Shown: positions 17,097-27,353 of the stretch, in pieces
How the letters are laid out: every line of letters begins with the position of its first letter
Position numbering within the stretch: the stretch's first letter is position 1
DNA from: Capsulimonadaceae bacterium
GTDB lineage: Bacteria > Armatimonadota > Armatimonadia > Armatimonadales > Capsulimonadaceae
NCBI GenBank assembly: GCA_965215505.1
Contig: OZ244065.1
Location: 1,504,001 to 1,568,000, forward strand
Direction: 5' to 3'
DNA: 64,000 nt
The notes under the pieces: model-generated
Told to the model about the DNA's origin: nothing
The model's input: the letters and a program-made list of their open reading frames with translations, nothing else
Databases searched by the model: none
Program-made: the position numbers and the translations under genes

Positions 17097-20000
17097 ATGC
17101 TCCCCGTCTTATTGTTTGAGCTGCGCTACCGCCTGCGCCAGTCCTCCACCTACGTCTTCTTCGGCCTGCTGCTGCTGCTGGCCTTCGGGTTCATCGCCAG
17201 CGACGTCGTGCAGCTCGGCGGCGGCGACGCCCAGGTGAAGCTGAACGCGCCCATCGTCATCGCGCGCATGGTCATCCTGCTGACCATCTTCGGCACTTTG
17301 ATCTCGTCCGCCCTCGTCGGGACCTCCGTCCTGCGCGACTTCGAGTACCGGACGCACGAGCTGTTCTTCACGACGCGCGTTTCCAAGTGGGACTACCTCG
17401 TGGGCCGGTTTGTCGGCTCGTTCCTGATCGCGCTGCTCGTCTTCTCCGGAATGCTCGTCGGGCTGTGGCTCGGCAGTCTGATGCCCTGGCAGGACCACAC
17501 CAAGCTGCTGCCCTTCCGCGCCGCCGCCTACCTCCAGCCGTTCCTGCTGTTCGTCGTGCCCAACCTGCTGTTCCTGTGCGCCATCTTCTTCACGCTCGGC
17601 GCGCTGACCCGCAACCTCATGGCGATCTACACCTTCGGCATCGTCGTCCTGGTCGGCTACCTCATCGCCCAGAGCCTGACGCGCGGCCTGGACAGCCACC
17701 TGCTGGCCGCCCTGCTGGACCCCTTCGGCATCACCCCGGTCGGCCTGGTGACGCGCTACTGGACGCCCGCCGAGAAGAACGGCGCGCTGCTGCCGCTGGC
17801 GGGCTTCCTGCTCTGGAACCGCCTGCTGTGGGCCGCCGTCGGCGTCGCCGTGTTCATCGCCGGCGGCGCGGCCTTCCGCTTCTCCGCGCCGCCGCTCACC
17901 CTGCGCCGGGCGGGCAAAGGGCACGACGGAAAAAGCCATGAACGGGCAGCGCAGGCCGGGGCCGCCCTGCCCGCCGCGATCCCGCTGCCTGCCATGCACC
18001 CGCGCCATAACCGGGCCGCGCGCCTGACCCAGTTCCTCAGCATGACACGGTTCCAGTTCCAGGGCATGGTCAAAAGCGTCGCCTTCGTGCTGATCGTGGT
18101 GATGGGCATCATCAACTTCGTCACCAACGCCTACTTCACGGACAAGCTGTTCGACACGCCGATCTACCTGGTCACGCGCGTCATGGCCGAGACCATTCAG
18201 ACCAGCTTCAGCCTGTACTTCCTGATCCTGCTGACCGTCTATGCGGGCGAGCTTGTTTGGAAGGAGCGCGCCTTGAAGGCGGACGGCATCCACGACTCGC
18301 TGCCCGTCCCCACCGCCCTCGTCTACGGCAGCAAGCTGACGGCCCTGCTGTCCGCCGAAGCCCTCCTGATGCTGGTCCTGATCGTCGCGGGCGTCGCCGT
18401 GCAGGCGGCCCACGGCTACTTCCACTTCCAGATCGGGCTGTACCTCGCCTACCTGTACGGGGACGTTTTCCCCCCGATCGCCCTGTTCACCGTGCTGGCG
18501 TTCTTCGTCCACGCCCTGGTCAACCAGAAGTTCCTGGGGCACGCGGTCGTCGTCCTGGCCTTCCTGGCGACCAGCATCATCCTGCCGAAGTTCGGCGTGG
18601 AACACAACCTGCTGCTGTTCAGCGGGATGCCCGACCTGAAGTACTCGGACATGAACGGGTTTGGGCCGTATGCCCAGCCCATCCTCTGGTTCACGCTCTA
18701 CTGGACCGCCTTCTCCGTCATCCTGGGCGTCCTGACCGCCCTGCTTTGGGTGCGCGGAACGGAGGCCGACTGGCCCCACCGGCGCGGCGCGATGGGGTCG
18801 CGCTGGGGGGCGGGCGCGCGGGCGACCACGGCGGGGGCGGGCCTGGCCTTCGTCCTGCTGGGCGGCTTCATCTATTACAACACGAACGTGCTGAACGACT
18901 ATGTCACGGCGCGCGGCGCGCAGAAGCTCCAGGCGAGCTACGAGAAGGAGTACAAGCGGTACGAGACCCTGCCGCAGCCGCGCCTCACCGACGTCACCGT
19001 GGCGGCGGACCTCGACCCGTCCGCCCATCAGTACGTCCTGCGCGGGACCTACAAGATGCGGAACAAGACCGGGCAGCCGATCCCGGATGTCCATGTGCTG
19101 ATTGATCGCAAGATGACGATCAAGTCGCTCTCCTTCACGGGCGGGGCGACCGAAGCGCGCGCGGACAGGGAACACGGCTACTACATCTACCACCTGGCCC
19201 GGCCGCTCGCGCCGGGGGACAGCGTGGCGATGAGCTTCGACCTCGCCTACCAAAAGCGCGGGTTCGCGAACGGGAGTCCGAACACCAACATCGTCGGCAA
19301 CGGCACGTTCCTGAGTACCGAGAACGCCGGCCTCCCCTTCATCGGCTACCAGCCCGGCGGCGAGCTGACCGACGACGCCGACCGGCGCAAACAGGGGCTT
19401 GCCCCGCGCGCCCGCATGGCCTCGCTCTCGGACACGAACGCCCGCCGCAACACCTACATTTCTAATAACTCCGACTGGGTGAACTTCGACGCGACGGTCA
19501 GCACGGACCCGGACCAGATCGCCCTGGCACCCGGCTACTTGCAGCGCGAGTGGGTCCAGGGCGGACGCCGCTTCTTCCACTACAAGATGGACGCGCCGAT
19601 CCTGAACTTCTACTCGTTCGTCTCGGCCCGCTACGCCGTCCGGCACGACCGGTGGAACAACGTCGCCATCGAGGTCTATTACGACCCGCAGCATCCCTAT
19701 AACGTGGACCGGATGGTGGCGGGCGTCAAGGCATCCCTCGCCTACGACAGCGCGAACTTCGGGCCGTACCAGTTCCGGCAGCTCCGCATCCTGGAGTTCC
19801 CCGCCTACGCCAGCTTCGCGCAGTCCTTCCCCAACACCGTCCCCTATTCGGAGGGGATCGGCTTCATCGCGCACGTCCGCGGCCCGGAGGACATTGACTA
19901 CCCGTTCTACGTCACCGCCCACGAGGTCAGCCACCAGTGGTGGGCGCACCAGGTCATCGGCGGCAACGTCCAGGGGTCCGAAATGCTGTCCGAATCCCTG

Positions 20001-20711
20001 GCCCAGTACTCATCCCTGATGGTGATGGAGCACACCTACGGGCGCGACCGGATGCGCCGCTTCCTGCGCTTCTCCCTGGACCGCTATCTGCGCGGGCGCG
20101 GCACGGAGCGCGAGGAGGAGGAGCCGCTGATGCGGACGGAGAACCAGCCCTACATCCATTACGAGAAGGGTGCCCTGGTCTTCTACGCCCTGCGTGACTA
20201 CATGGGGGAGGACAAGCTGAACGCCGTGCTGGCCCGGTTTGTCCACGACAAGCGGTTCCAGAACCCGCCTTATACCACATCGCAAGAGCTAGTAAATTAT
20301 CTGCACCAGGCCGCCCCGCCAGACTTGCAGCCGGTCCTCACGGACATGTTCGAGACGATCACGCTTTACAACAACAAGGCGGTGACCGCGAACTACACCA
20401 AGACCGGGCCGGACAAGTACCGGGTCACGCTGACCGTGGACGCCCAGAAAGTACACGCCGACGGCAAGGGTGCCGAGTCGCCGGCCCCCCTGCACGACTG
20501 GATAGACGTCGGCGTCTTCGCCAAGGCCGCGCCCGGCCAGGACCTCGGCAAGCCGCTGTCCCTGGAGAAGCGCCTGGTGACCAAGCCGCACATGACCTTC
20601 ACCCTGGACGTGACCGGCCTGCCGGACAAGGCCGGCATTGACCCCTACAACAAGCTGATAGACCGCGACCCGGACGACAACGTCAAATCCGTGACGGCAG
20701 CGTCGCGCTGA
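17097..20711 (+). CDS. ABC-2 permease fused to an M1-family aminopeptidase domain
   Basis: Two permease-like TM repeats followed by a soluble domain with HEVSHQWW...SESLAQY (HExxH-x18-E) and YEKG. Confidence 0.9.
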   Translation: MLPVLLFELRYRLRQSSTYVFFGLLLLLAFGFIASDVVQLGGGDAQVKLNAPIVIARMVILLTIFGTLISSALVGTSVLRDFEYRTHELFFTTRVSKWDYLVGRFVGSFLIALLVFSGMLVGLWLGSLMPWQDHTKLLPFRAAAYLQPFLLFVVPNLLFLCAIFFTLGALTRNLMAIYTFGIVVLVGYLIAQSLTRGLDSHLLAALLDPFGITPVGLVTRYWTPAEKNGALLPLAGFLLWNRLLWAAVGVAVFIAGGAAFRFSAPPLTLRRAGKGHDGKSHERAAQAGAALPAAIPLPAMHPRHNRAARLTQFLSMTRFQFQGMVKSVAFVLIVVMGIINFVTNAYFTDKLFDTPIYLVTRVMAETIQTSFSLYFLILLTVYAGELVWKERALKADGIHDSLPVPTALVYGSKLTALLSAEALLMLVLIVAGVAVQAAHGYFHFQIGLYLAYLYGDVFPPIALFTVLAFFVHALVNQKFLGHAVVVLAFLATSIILPKFGVEHNLLLFSGMPDLKYSDMNGFGPYAQPILWFTLYWTAFSVILGVLTALLWVRGTEADWPHRRGAMGSRWGAGARATTAGAGLAFVLLGGFIYYNTNVLNDYVTARGAQKLQASYEKEYKRYETLPQPRLTDVTVAADLDPSAHQYVLRGTYKMRNKTGQPIPDVHVLIDRKMTIKSLSFTGGATEARADREHGYYIYHLARPLAPGDSVAMSFDLAYQKRGFANGSPNTNIVGNGTFLSTENAGLPFIGYQPGGELTDDADRRKQGLAPRARMASLSDTNARRNTYISNNSDWVNFDATVSTDPDQIALAPGYLQREWVQGGRRFFHYKMDAPILNFYSFVSARYAVRHDRWNNVAIEVYYDPQHPYNVDRMVAGVKASLAYDSANFGPYQFRQLRILEFPAYASFAQSFPNTVPYSEGIGFIAHVRGPEDIDYPFYVTAHEVSHQWWAHQVIGGNVQGSEMLSESLAQYSSLMVMEHTYGRDRMRRFLRFSLDRYLRGRGTEREEEEPLMRTENQPYIHYEKGALVFYALRDYMGEDKLNAVLARFVHDKRFQNPPYTTSQELVNYLHQAAPPDLQPVLTDMFETITLYNNKAVTANYTKTGPDKYRVTLTVDAQKVHADGKGAESPAPLHDWIDVGVFAKAAPGQDLGKPLSLEKRLVTKPHMTFTLDVTGLPDKAGIDPYNKLIDRDPDDNVKSVTAASR

Positions 20712-20737
20712 GGGCGGGTTTCCCGCCCTCTGTTTCT
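20710..20737 (+). terminator. hairpin / terminator (REP-related)
   Basis: GAGGGCGGG-ttt-CCCGCCCTC followed by TGTTTCT directly after the stop. Confidence 0.55.
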
Positions 20738-20786
20738 CCACCCTCGTCAGCGCACAGGTGGCCGACTCCTACCGCCCGTCGGAACC

Positions 20787-20812
20787 GTAGGGGCAGGCCC
20801 CCGTGCCTGCCC
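20787..20812 (+). repeat. GTAG REP-like palindrome
   Basis: GTAG-GGGCAGGC-ccccgt-GCCTGCCC, preceded by a degenerate opposite-strand copy (CCTAC ending at 20772). Confidence 0.65.
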
Positions 20813-21005
20813 TTCTCCTGCCGTGCCTGCCCTTCGTTCACCATTGCGTTTTTGCTTGTGTTGCGGTATATTTGATCTTGCAGGCTGAAGGCGGGGTGTT
20901 GGAGCCTGCTATACTCCCTCCGGTAGCCACCTGGCCGCCGCACGAGTACCGCACATGCGCCGGATCTTCCCCGCCTCGTGTTTCGTTCTGTCAGGAGGTT
21001 CGCCC

Positions 21006-23138
21006 GTGAACAGACTGTCATTCCGCCGCCAAGCCCGCTCCCCCCGGCCGCCGGCGGCGCTTGTTCTTTTCCTGCTTGCGGCGCTCCCTAGTGCCGCCCT
21101 CGCTCAGAAGCCTGTGGAGGTGCCCGCCGTGGTAGTGCCTCCCCCGCCGCCTGCCGCGCCCTCCCCGGTCCTCGCAGTACCTCCCGCCCTCAGCCAGAAG
21201 GAAATGCTGGCCCAAGACAGCCGCCTGGACCGGCCCATCTCCCTCGATGTCATCAGCGTCCCATTGAACGAGGTGCTGCAAAAAGAGAGCCTGGATAAGA
21301 GTACGGAGACGATGGAGGACGGGAAGCGTTTCCTGCTCACCGCCGCCCCCGACTGTGCCGACCTCAAGCTCCAGGTCCGGCTGAACAACCGACCCTTGCG
21401 CGTCCTGATGACGGCACTGGCCCAGATGGTGCCGGGGACATGGACCCGCACCCCGCACGGCTATCAGTTGGCAATGACGAGGGGGGCCGCGACTGCGCGT
21501 TCGGAGTGGTGGAACCTTTTCCTGGGCGAGCGCGAGAAGGCGCTGGCCGCCCAGCGGCAGGCGGTGCTGGCCGCCATGCAGACGAAGGACCACCGCCAGG
21601 CGGATGATCGGGAGCCGGAACCGCCAAACCGTGCATTGGAGGAAGACGCGGCGAACCAGCACGATTTCTTCTATTCACTGCCGCCCGCCTTGAAGGAGCA
21701 GATCGCCGCCAACATGGAGGAGAGCGCCTTCTATGAAGTGGGACGTATAAGCTTCGGGGGCAACATCGAGCAGTTTGGGACGACCGGCTGGCTGTCGCAG
21801 ATGTCGCCGCAGACGCGGGAGCACTTCAAGAAAGCCATGCAGGCCAATGCGAACCGGATGACGAATTTCCCGCCGTCCCTCCAGAAGTACGCGGTGCAGG
21901 CACAAAAGGACGTGGCCACCTTCGACCCAAGCCGAGTCTACTTCTGCTTCCTAAACGCCGGAGTGGGGGTGATGGCCATGCCCATCAATAGCCCGCCCTC
22001 AGTTTCCATCCCACCCATGCTTGATGTCCCCATGACTGCGGGTTTGCCGGCCCTGACGCTGGATCAGGTGCAGCTTGCCCAGGCCGTGCAGAAGATGGGG
22101 GAGTCGGCCCCGGACGAGTGGAAGCGCCTGGCTGACTATCAGCGCGGGCGCGTCTGGCCCAACATCCTGCCGACGCTGCCCCCCGAGGACAACATCACCT
22201 GGCACCCCACGATCAGCCGGGCGGCGCAGACGGACTGGCTGGGGGAGCAAGGACACATGGAGTACGTCTGCGACTACTACTCGCACGGCGGCTACGAGAT
22301 GCCCGACGAGCAGAAGAAGCTGCCGGTCAAGCGCCCGCTGGCGACCGAACTCGACGAGATGGCGGCCAAGCGCGACGTGAGCTGGACGAAGGACGCGGAC
22401 GGCGTTTACCTGATTCGTGACAACCGCTGGTATCGGGACGACGACCTGGAAGTGCCCCAGCCGTTGCTGCGGCGCTGGTTCGGGGCGCTGCTCCAGGTCC
22501 GGCGGCAGGAAGCCGCCCAGACACCCACACAGGCGACCGCACCTCAAGTGGTGACGCAGTCACCGGAGGAGCGGGCGGCGGCGATCAAGCAAAACTGGGA
22601 TTGGGTGGCGGAGGTGTTCAGCACCCTGACGCCGTGGCAGATCCGGAACGGGCTGGCGCGGTTCCAGCCGGAGGAGAAGGACCTGGCCCCGCAGAACGAC
22701 GAAACGGCGGCCAAGCTCTACGCGAATCTGAAGCACTACGTCCCGCAGCCGGGGGAGATTAGTACCCCCGGCACCGACCACTTTGCGGAAATGGCCCGGC
22801 TGCCGCCGTTCTGGCAGGCCGTCAATATCCTCAAAGGGTTCCCACACACGGCGCAGTTGTACGGCAGCCTGGGCGACGAAGGGCGGACGGCGCTGGTGGA
22901 GGGACGGCTCTCGCCCGTCTCCCTGAGCGCCGCACAGCTCGCGCAGGCGGCGTCGTTGCAGCCGCTTCTGCCCCAGGCCATGCAGAGCTTCCCGATGGAT
23001 TCGGTGCGGCTACGCTTGCTCTTCCGCGGGTCACCCTCCTACCGTGTGACCTTCATGGATGTCCCGGAGTTGAAACTAGAGGTCATCACGCCGCCCCAAG
23101 TCGCCCCCGCGGAGGCCACGCCGCCGAGCGGCCCGTAG
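21006..23138 (+). CDS. large secreted hypothetical protein with STN-like N-terminal segment; paralog of 3..797
   Basis: AGGAGG RBS before GTG 21006, signal peptide ending ALA-Q, Pro-rich linker, DSRLDRPISLD...PLRVLMTALAQ segment. Confidence 0.8.
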   Translation: MNRLSFRRQARSPRPPAALVLFLLAALPSAALAQKPVEVPAVVVPPPPPAAPSPVLAVPPALSQKEMLAQDSRLDRPISLDVISVPLNEVLQKESLDKSTETMEDGKRFLLTAAPDCADLKLQVRLNNRPLRVLMTALAQMVPGTWTRTPHGYQLAMTRGAATARSEWWNLFLGEREKALAAQRQAVLAAMQTKDHRQADDREPEPPNRALEEDAANQHDFFYSLPPALKEQIAANMEESAFYEVGRISFGGNIEQFGTTGWLSQMSPQTREHFKKAMQANANRMTNFPPSLQKYAVQAQKDVATFDPSRVYFCFLNAGVGVMAMPINSPPSVSIPPMLDVPMTAGLPALTLDQVQLAQAVQKMGESAPDEWKRLADYQRGRVWPNILPTLPPEDNITWHPTISRAAQTDWLGEQGHMEYVCDYYSHGGYEMPDEQKKLPVKRPLATELDEMAAKRDVSWTKDADGVYLIRDNRWYRDDDLEVPQPLLRRWFGALLQVRRQEAAQTPTQATAPQVVTQSPEERAAAIKQNWDWVAEVFSTLTPWQIRNGLARFQPEEKDLAPQNDETAAKLYANLKHYVPQPGEISTPGTDHFAEMARLPPFWQAVNILKGFPHTAQLYGSLGDEGRTALVEGRLSPVSLSAAQLAQAASLQPLLPQAMQSFPMDSVRLRLLFRGSPSYRVTFMDVPELKLEVITPPQVAPAEATPPSGP

Positions 23139-23169
23139 AGTAAGAACGGCCTGTCCCCCAGAATAGGGG

Positions 23170-24759
23170 TCAGGCGGTTTCTTCGGCCACCAGCGCGCGC
23201 AGGGCGGCGAGGCCGGGCAGGAACAGGTACACGCCCGCGCGCACCGTCACGAACTGCGGCACGTTCTGAAGGCGGATGCGCGTCGTCGGCTGGGGGATCG
23301 TGAACTCCGCCCCCGCGTCCGTCCGGGCGGCGGCGTCAATGTTGTCCTGGCTCCCCGTCACGGGGTCCGGCTCGTTCCAGCGGCGCGCGAACTTCGGGTC
23401 GTTCAGCCAGGTCTGCTGGACGAACTCGAACTGGCGCGAGATGCTGGCGTTGACGCAGAAGAACAGCAGGCCGCGCTTGTGGCCGTCGTCCCGAGCAGTA
23501 GTCGGGTCATCGAGCCGGGGGCCGTAGGGCCGCCCGCGACGCAGGATGCGGTGGTGGTTCACGACGTCCTGCGCCTCTTTGTCCTTGAGGCTGGAAAGCA
23601 TGTCGCGCGGGTTCGCCCGCCGGATGTGTGCCCCGACGGGGCAGCCGAAGCCGTCCGGGTCGCTGTCCGCATAGAGGAAGTCGTTCACCTTGTCCGGGTC
23701 ATTCGCCAGGGCGGGGTCGTCCGCGAACGGGCATACGGTCAGAGGCGCACCGCTCCGCCAGCGCCCCACCATCTTCGCTCCCACGAACTCCGGGGGCGGC
23801 GCGGCGGCCCCATCACCCGCAGGCAGGACGGCGGACTGGGCGCGGCAGTAGTCCCAGAAGGCGGGGACGTCCTGTTCCAGTTTACGGAACACGAGGTACG
23901 CGCCGTTCGTCCCCACGTCCACGCCGGGACTGCCTTCGGTGGGATTGAGCCGGGGCCAGTTGGTCTTCTGACCGTACTCGTTCTTGTAGCCCAGGATGAA
24001 CTCGCCGGCCTTGACCTCTGATTGGCCGGGGTCCTTGACGCCGAAGCCGCCCTTGATGTAGACCGAAGTGATGTTGTCGCGGAACCCGAAATGCTCGTCG
24101 CGCGGGTGTTCGCCGCGCCGGTGCATCTCGGGGGTGGACCGCTCATCGGCGATCACGCGGGCACCGCAAGCCCCGAACCGCTCCGTCAGACCGCCGACCA
24201 TCGCCTTTAACTCCTCGCTCGTGTGGGCGAAGCAGAGCAGCGCAAGGTCGGGCATCCTGTCCAGGTCTGGGGCCTTGTCCGAGCCGTTCCCGCCCCACTC
24301 CCAGTTGCGCGGGTCGTTGGCCTCGACATCACCCAGGGCGCGCGAGCGGTAGCCCTCGGTCATGCCGCTGCGGAACTCGGGGGAGAAGGTTTCCAGAGTC
24401 TCCTCCGAGTGACCCAGCGCGGCCAGGCCGCCGTAGGTGAACGCCAGGTTGAGTGCGGTCTTTTCCCGCTGTGATTCGTCCTTCTGCCGGTTCGCCGCCG
24501 TCACCTCGGGGACCGTCGCCAGCAGGGCGACGCGCGCCTCGGGCGTGATCCGCCCCGCCCCCTCCGTGCGCGGGAGCCGCAGGAAAAGATAGGCCGCGTG
24601 GAGCAGGTGGCCATAGCCGCTCAGGATCATGGCCTGGATGTCCGGGAAGGCCAGAGGTTCCGCAGGCCCGTCCGCCTGCACGTCGGGCGGGGCCGCCATC
24701 CTCGGGGTCGTCGTTTCTTGTTGCTTCGTTTCCGTGTGCATCGTTTCCGCGCTCCTCAC
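23170..24759 (-). CDS. Dyp-type (dye-decolorising) peroxidase
   Basis: DIQAMIL, EHFGFRD, GEFILGY, RKLEQDV, HIRRANPRD (proximal His), RILRRGRPYG (distal Arg), QFEFVQ. Confidence 0.9.
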   Translation of the reverse strand: MRSAETMHTETKQQETTTPRMAAPPDVQADGPAEPLAFPDIQAMILSGYGHLLHAAYLFLRLPRTEGAGRITPEARVALLATVPEVTAANRQKDESQREKTALNLAFTYGGLAALGHSEETLETFSPEFRSGMTEGYRSRALGDVEANDPRNWEWGGNGSDKAPDLDRMPDLALLCFAHTSEELKAMVGGLTERFGACGARVIADERSTPEMHRRGEHPRDEHFGFRDNITSVYIKGGFGVKDPGQSEVKAGEFILGYKNEYGQKTNWPRLNPTEGSPGVDVGTNGAYLVFRKLEQDVPAFWDYCRAQSAVLPAGDGAAAPPPEFVGAKMVGRWRSGAPLTVCPFADDPALANDPDKVNDFLYADSDPDGFGCPVGAHIRRANPRDMLSSLKDKEAQDVVNHHRILRRGRPYGPRLDDPTTARDDGHKRGLLFFCVNASISRQFEFVQQTWLNDPKFARRWNEPDPVTGSQDNIDAAARTDAGAEFTIPQPTTRIRLQNVPQFVTVRAGVYLFLPGLAALRALVAEETA

Positions 24760-24777
24760 GCAGTCTTGCCCGGTCAG

Positions 24778-26112
24778 TTAAAGCGTGCCCAACAGCTCTT
24801 TTTCCGCCCCGCGCGTCGGCGTTTGACACAGCCGGAGGGCATCGAGCTGGTTGACCACGCTCACGTCCGGGTAGGCGCTGTACCACACCTGCGTCTCGAT
24901 CTGGTACTTGCGCGTCCAGTTCTTGAACGCCTCCGCGCGCTGCGCCCCGTCGCAGATCAGGTTCTTCGTGGGCGGGAACTCGACTGTGTTGCTCCACACC
25001 CCGGTCAGGCCCGCCGAGGCCCGGTCCACGAAGTCACCCAGGTAGTTCTCCCAGCTCCCATCGAAATTCGAAAAGAAGAGCAGCCGGTCGCCGCCGTCGA
25101 TCAGCATCCAGCGGGCAAAGTGGATGGTCGGGATGCCGCCCAGGTTACCCTGGTTCCAGTGGAAGCGGGCCAGGAAGTCTATGGCGGCGAGGACGGCGTT
25201 CAGCGTGACGCGGCGGAACCGGCCCGGCTTGACCGGGACGAGGTGCGTCATCTGGTTCTGCACCTTGTGGTCCTCCCAGACGCGCAGCTCGCGCAGGTGG
25301 TCGAGGGTCGGCGGGGTCGTCTCCTTCCACTTCTCGCCATTTGCCCCCCAGTCGGCGACCTCGTGGCGATGCAGGACGCCTAAAAGGGCCATGCCGCCTC
25401 CCACCAGGGCCGCCGCGCCGAGAAGCCCCAGCCGGGGGGAGCGGCGGCCCAGCAGGTACAGCCCGCCGCCGACCGCCCCGACCACGCCCGCGATGACCGC
25501 ACTCAACGGCAGGCTCGGCGGCGGGGCGGAGATGGATGGGACGGGACACGCCCCGTCCCGGATGGCGGCGAGCCGTCGCGCGGCGGTCGGACCATCCAGC
25601 GCCTCGCCTGAGCCTGCCCGTGTCGGCCTGATGACCGTGCTGACGTACTCCTCCATGCGGCCATGGGCATCGGCGGCGTCTTTGAGCTGCCGGACGGTCC
25701 GGCCGCGACAGGCGATGTGGCGCGCGCCATAGGGGATGCGGCGCGAGAGGAAATACTCCGCCGCATGCCCTTTGTCCCCAGGCCCCGGCCAGCCCTCGCA
25801 GTGCGAGTAGATGGCGTCGAGGGCGTCCATCGCGCCCGCGACCGCGTCCCCGATGAGGGTTTCATCCGGGCCGTCATGGTCGGTGCCGAAAACCAGTTGG
25901 GTGGGCGGGCCGTTCGGGTCCGAGGTGTCGGGCGGGGGGATCATGGCCCAGCGGGCGAAGTGGATCGATGGGAACCGGGCGAACCGGATGTGGGTGTTCC
26001 CCTCGATGTCCCTCCCGATGCTGGTCAGGAGGTCTTTCAGGGACTGTTCGCTGCCGCGCCGGACCGGCACGATGACCGTCATGCTGCGCTGCTGTGTCTG
26101 CATGGCTTGCAC
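24778..26112 (-). CDS. uncharacterised protein with two IHFARW domains separated by a TM hairpin
   Basis: SIHFARW...FGTDHDG and TIHFARW...FSNFDG; two central hydrophobic helices; GAGGAG RBS (start 26112 or 26103). Confidence 0.8.
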   Translation of the reverse strand: MQAMQTQQRSMTVIVPVRRGSEQSLKDLLTSIGRDIEGNTHIRFARFPSIHFARWAMIPPPDTSDPNGPPTQLVFGTDHDGPDETLIGDAVAGAMDALDAIYSHCEGWPGPGDKGHAAEYFLSRRIPYGARHIACRGRTVRQLKDAADAHGRMEEYVSTVIRPTRAGSGEALDGPTAARRLAAIRDGACPVPSISAPPPSLPLSAVIAGVVGAVGGGLYLLGRRSPRLGLLGAAALVGGGMALLGVLHRHEVADWGANGEKWKETTPPTLDHLRELRVWEDHKVQNQMTHLVPVKPGRFRRVTLNAVLAAIDFLARFHWNQGNLGGIPTIHFARWMLIDGGDRLLFFSNFDGSWENYLGDFVDRASAGLTGVWSNTVEFPPTKNLICDGAQRAEAFKNWTRKYQIETQVWYSAYPDVSVVNQLDALRLCQTPTRGAEKELLGTL

Positions 26113-26278
26113 TCCTCTCGGATTTTCATGCTTCGGTGGTACTGATGCAAGGATTGTCCGATTATTTCTGTGGTCCTATGCCTTATTCCTCCTTTGTTCG
26201 CGACGCGCCCGACTGTTTTTCTGTTATAATGCATTCAGCGGCATGCAAGCTCTCTCGATGCCGAGGAGAACCACCGAC

Positions 26279-27331
26279 ATGGCAGCACCTCTCCGGCCCG
26301 CACTCGGGCATGAGTACCCCCCGCCTGATGAGGCGGCGGACATCACCCAAGTCCTCGCCATCATGCGCGGTCAGTTCGAGCATAGCTTCCCGCCGGGCTG
26401 TCCCGGCCCCGTGCTGCGCGACCAGCACCCCAAAGCACATGGCTGTGTCCGGGCGGTCTTCACGGTCGCGCACGGCCTGCCCGCCGAACTCCGCCACGGG
26501 CTCTTCCACAGCCCGCGCTCCTATGACGCCTGGATCCGTTTCTCCCCCAGCTCACCCTTGATGCCCCCGGACACCAAGCGCGACGCTCACGGCATGGCGA
26601 TCAAGTTGCTGGGTGTACCCGGCCTCAAGGTGCTGGACGGGCAGCAGGACGCCCAGACGCAGGACTTCATCCTGGCCAACAATGATGCCTTCTTCGTCCG
26701 TAGTGCCAAAAACTACGTCCAGTTCGCGCAGGCCATCGCCGACAGCCGTTTGATGTCGTTCTTCTTCGGGCTGAACCCTTTGCACTGCCGGCTGCGCGAG
26801 CTGACCAACCTGCTGCTGTCCGTCGGCAAGCAGATCACCAACCCGCTCCAAGTCAGGTATTGGAGTCAGACGCCCTACCGCCTCGGCCCGCACGCCGTCA
26901 AGTACTCCGCCCGCCCCCTCTCCGGTGCCCGCGACCCACTGCCCGATGCCGCCGGCCCGGACTTCCTGCGGGAAGCGATGGCGGCGACCCTGCGCGCGGA
27001 AGAAGTCATCTTCGAGTTCATGGTCCAGGTGCAGACGGACGCCCTGCGGATGCCCGTCGAGGACGCGACCGTCGTCTGGGACGAGCGCGTTTCGCCCTTC
27101 CGCCGCGTCGCCACCCTCCGCATCCCCGTCCAGGAGTGCGACACGCCCGAGCGGCGCGCGTTCGCCGAGAACCTATCGTTCACGCCCTGGCACTCCCTGC
27201 CGGAACACCGCCCCCTGGGCAGCATGAACCGCATCCGCCGTCCGCTTTACGCCCTGATCTCCGGCATCCGCAACGCCCGCAACGGCGTCCCGCACGAGGA
27301 ACCCACGGAGGAGGCACCGAGTGCGCTATAA
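26279..27331 (+). CDS. catalase-related heme protein (short catalase-like family)
   Basis: RDQHPKAHGC (distal His), QDFILAN, PLGSMNRIRRPLY (RxxxY proximal Tyr); GAGGAG RBS; TGTTATAAT at 26222..26230. Confidence 0.85.
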   Translation: MAAPLRPALGHEYPPPDEAADITQVLAIMRGQFEHSFPPGCPGPVLRDQHPKAHGCVRAVFTVAHGLPAELRHGLFHSPRSYDAWIRFSPSSPLMPPDTKRDAHGMAIKLLGVPGLKVLDGQQDAQTQDFILANNDAFFVRSAKNYVQFAQAIADSRLMSFFFGLNPLHCRLRELTNLLLSVGKQITNPLQVRYWSQTPYRLGPHAVKYSARPLSGARDPLPDAAGPDFLREAMAATLRAEEVIFEFMVQVQTDALRMPVEDATVVWDERVSPFRRVATLRIPVQECDTPERRAFAENLSFTPWHSLPEHRPLGSMNRIRRPLYALISGIRNARNGVPHEEPTEEAPSAL

Positions 27332-27353
27332 CAGTGGCGGGAGGTGAACACTG

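Noticed and set aside
17109-19949. 946-aa minus-strand ORF and many similar long antisense or alternative-frame ORFs (e.g. 28397..29710, 56283..57836, 58829..60169, 61240..62796)
   Set aside because: Shadow ORFs of well-supported genes, expected from high GC3; no motifs and skewed composition
20769-20776. ops-like GGCGGTAG on the minus strand
   Set aside because: Part of a degenerate REP and not upstream of a polysaccharide operon
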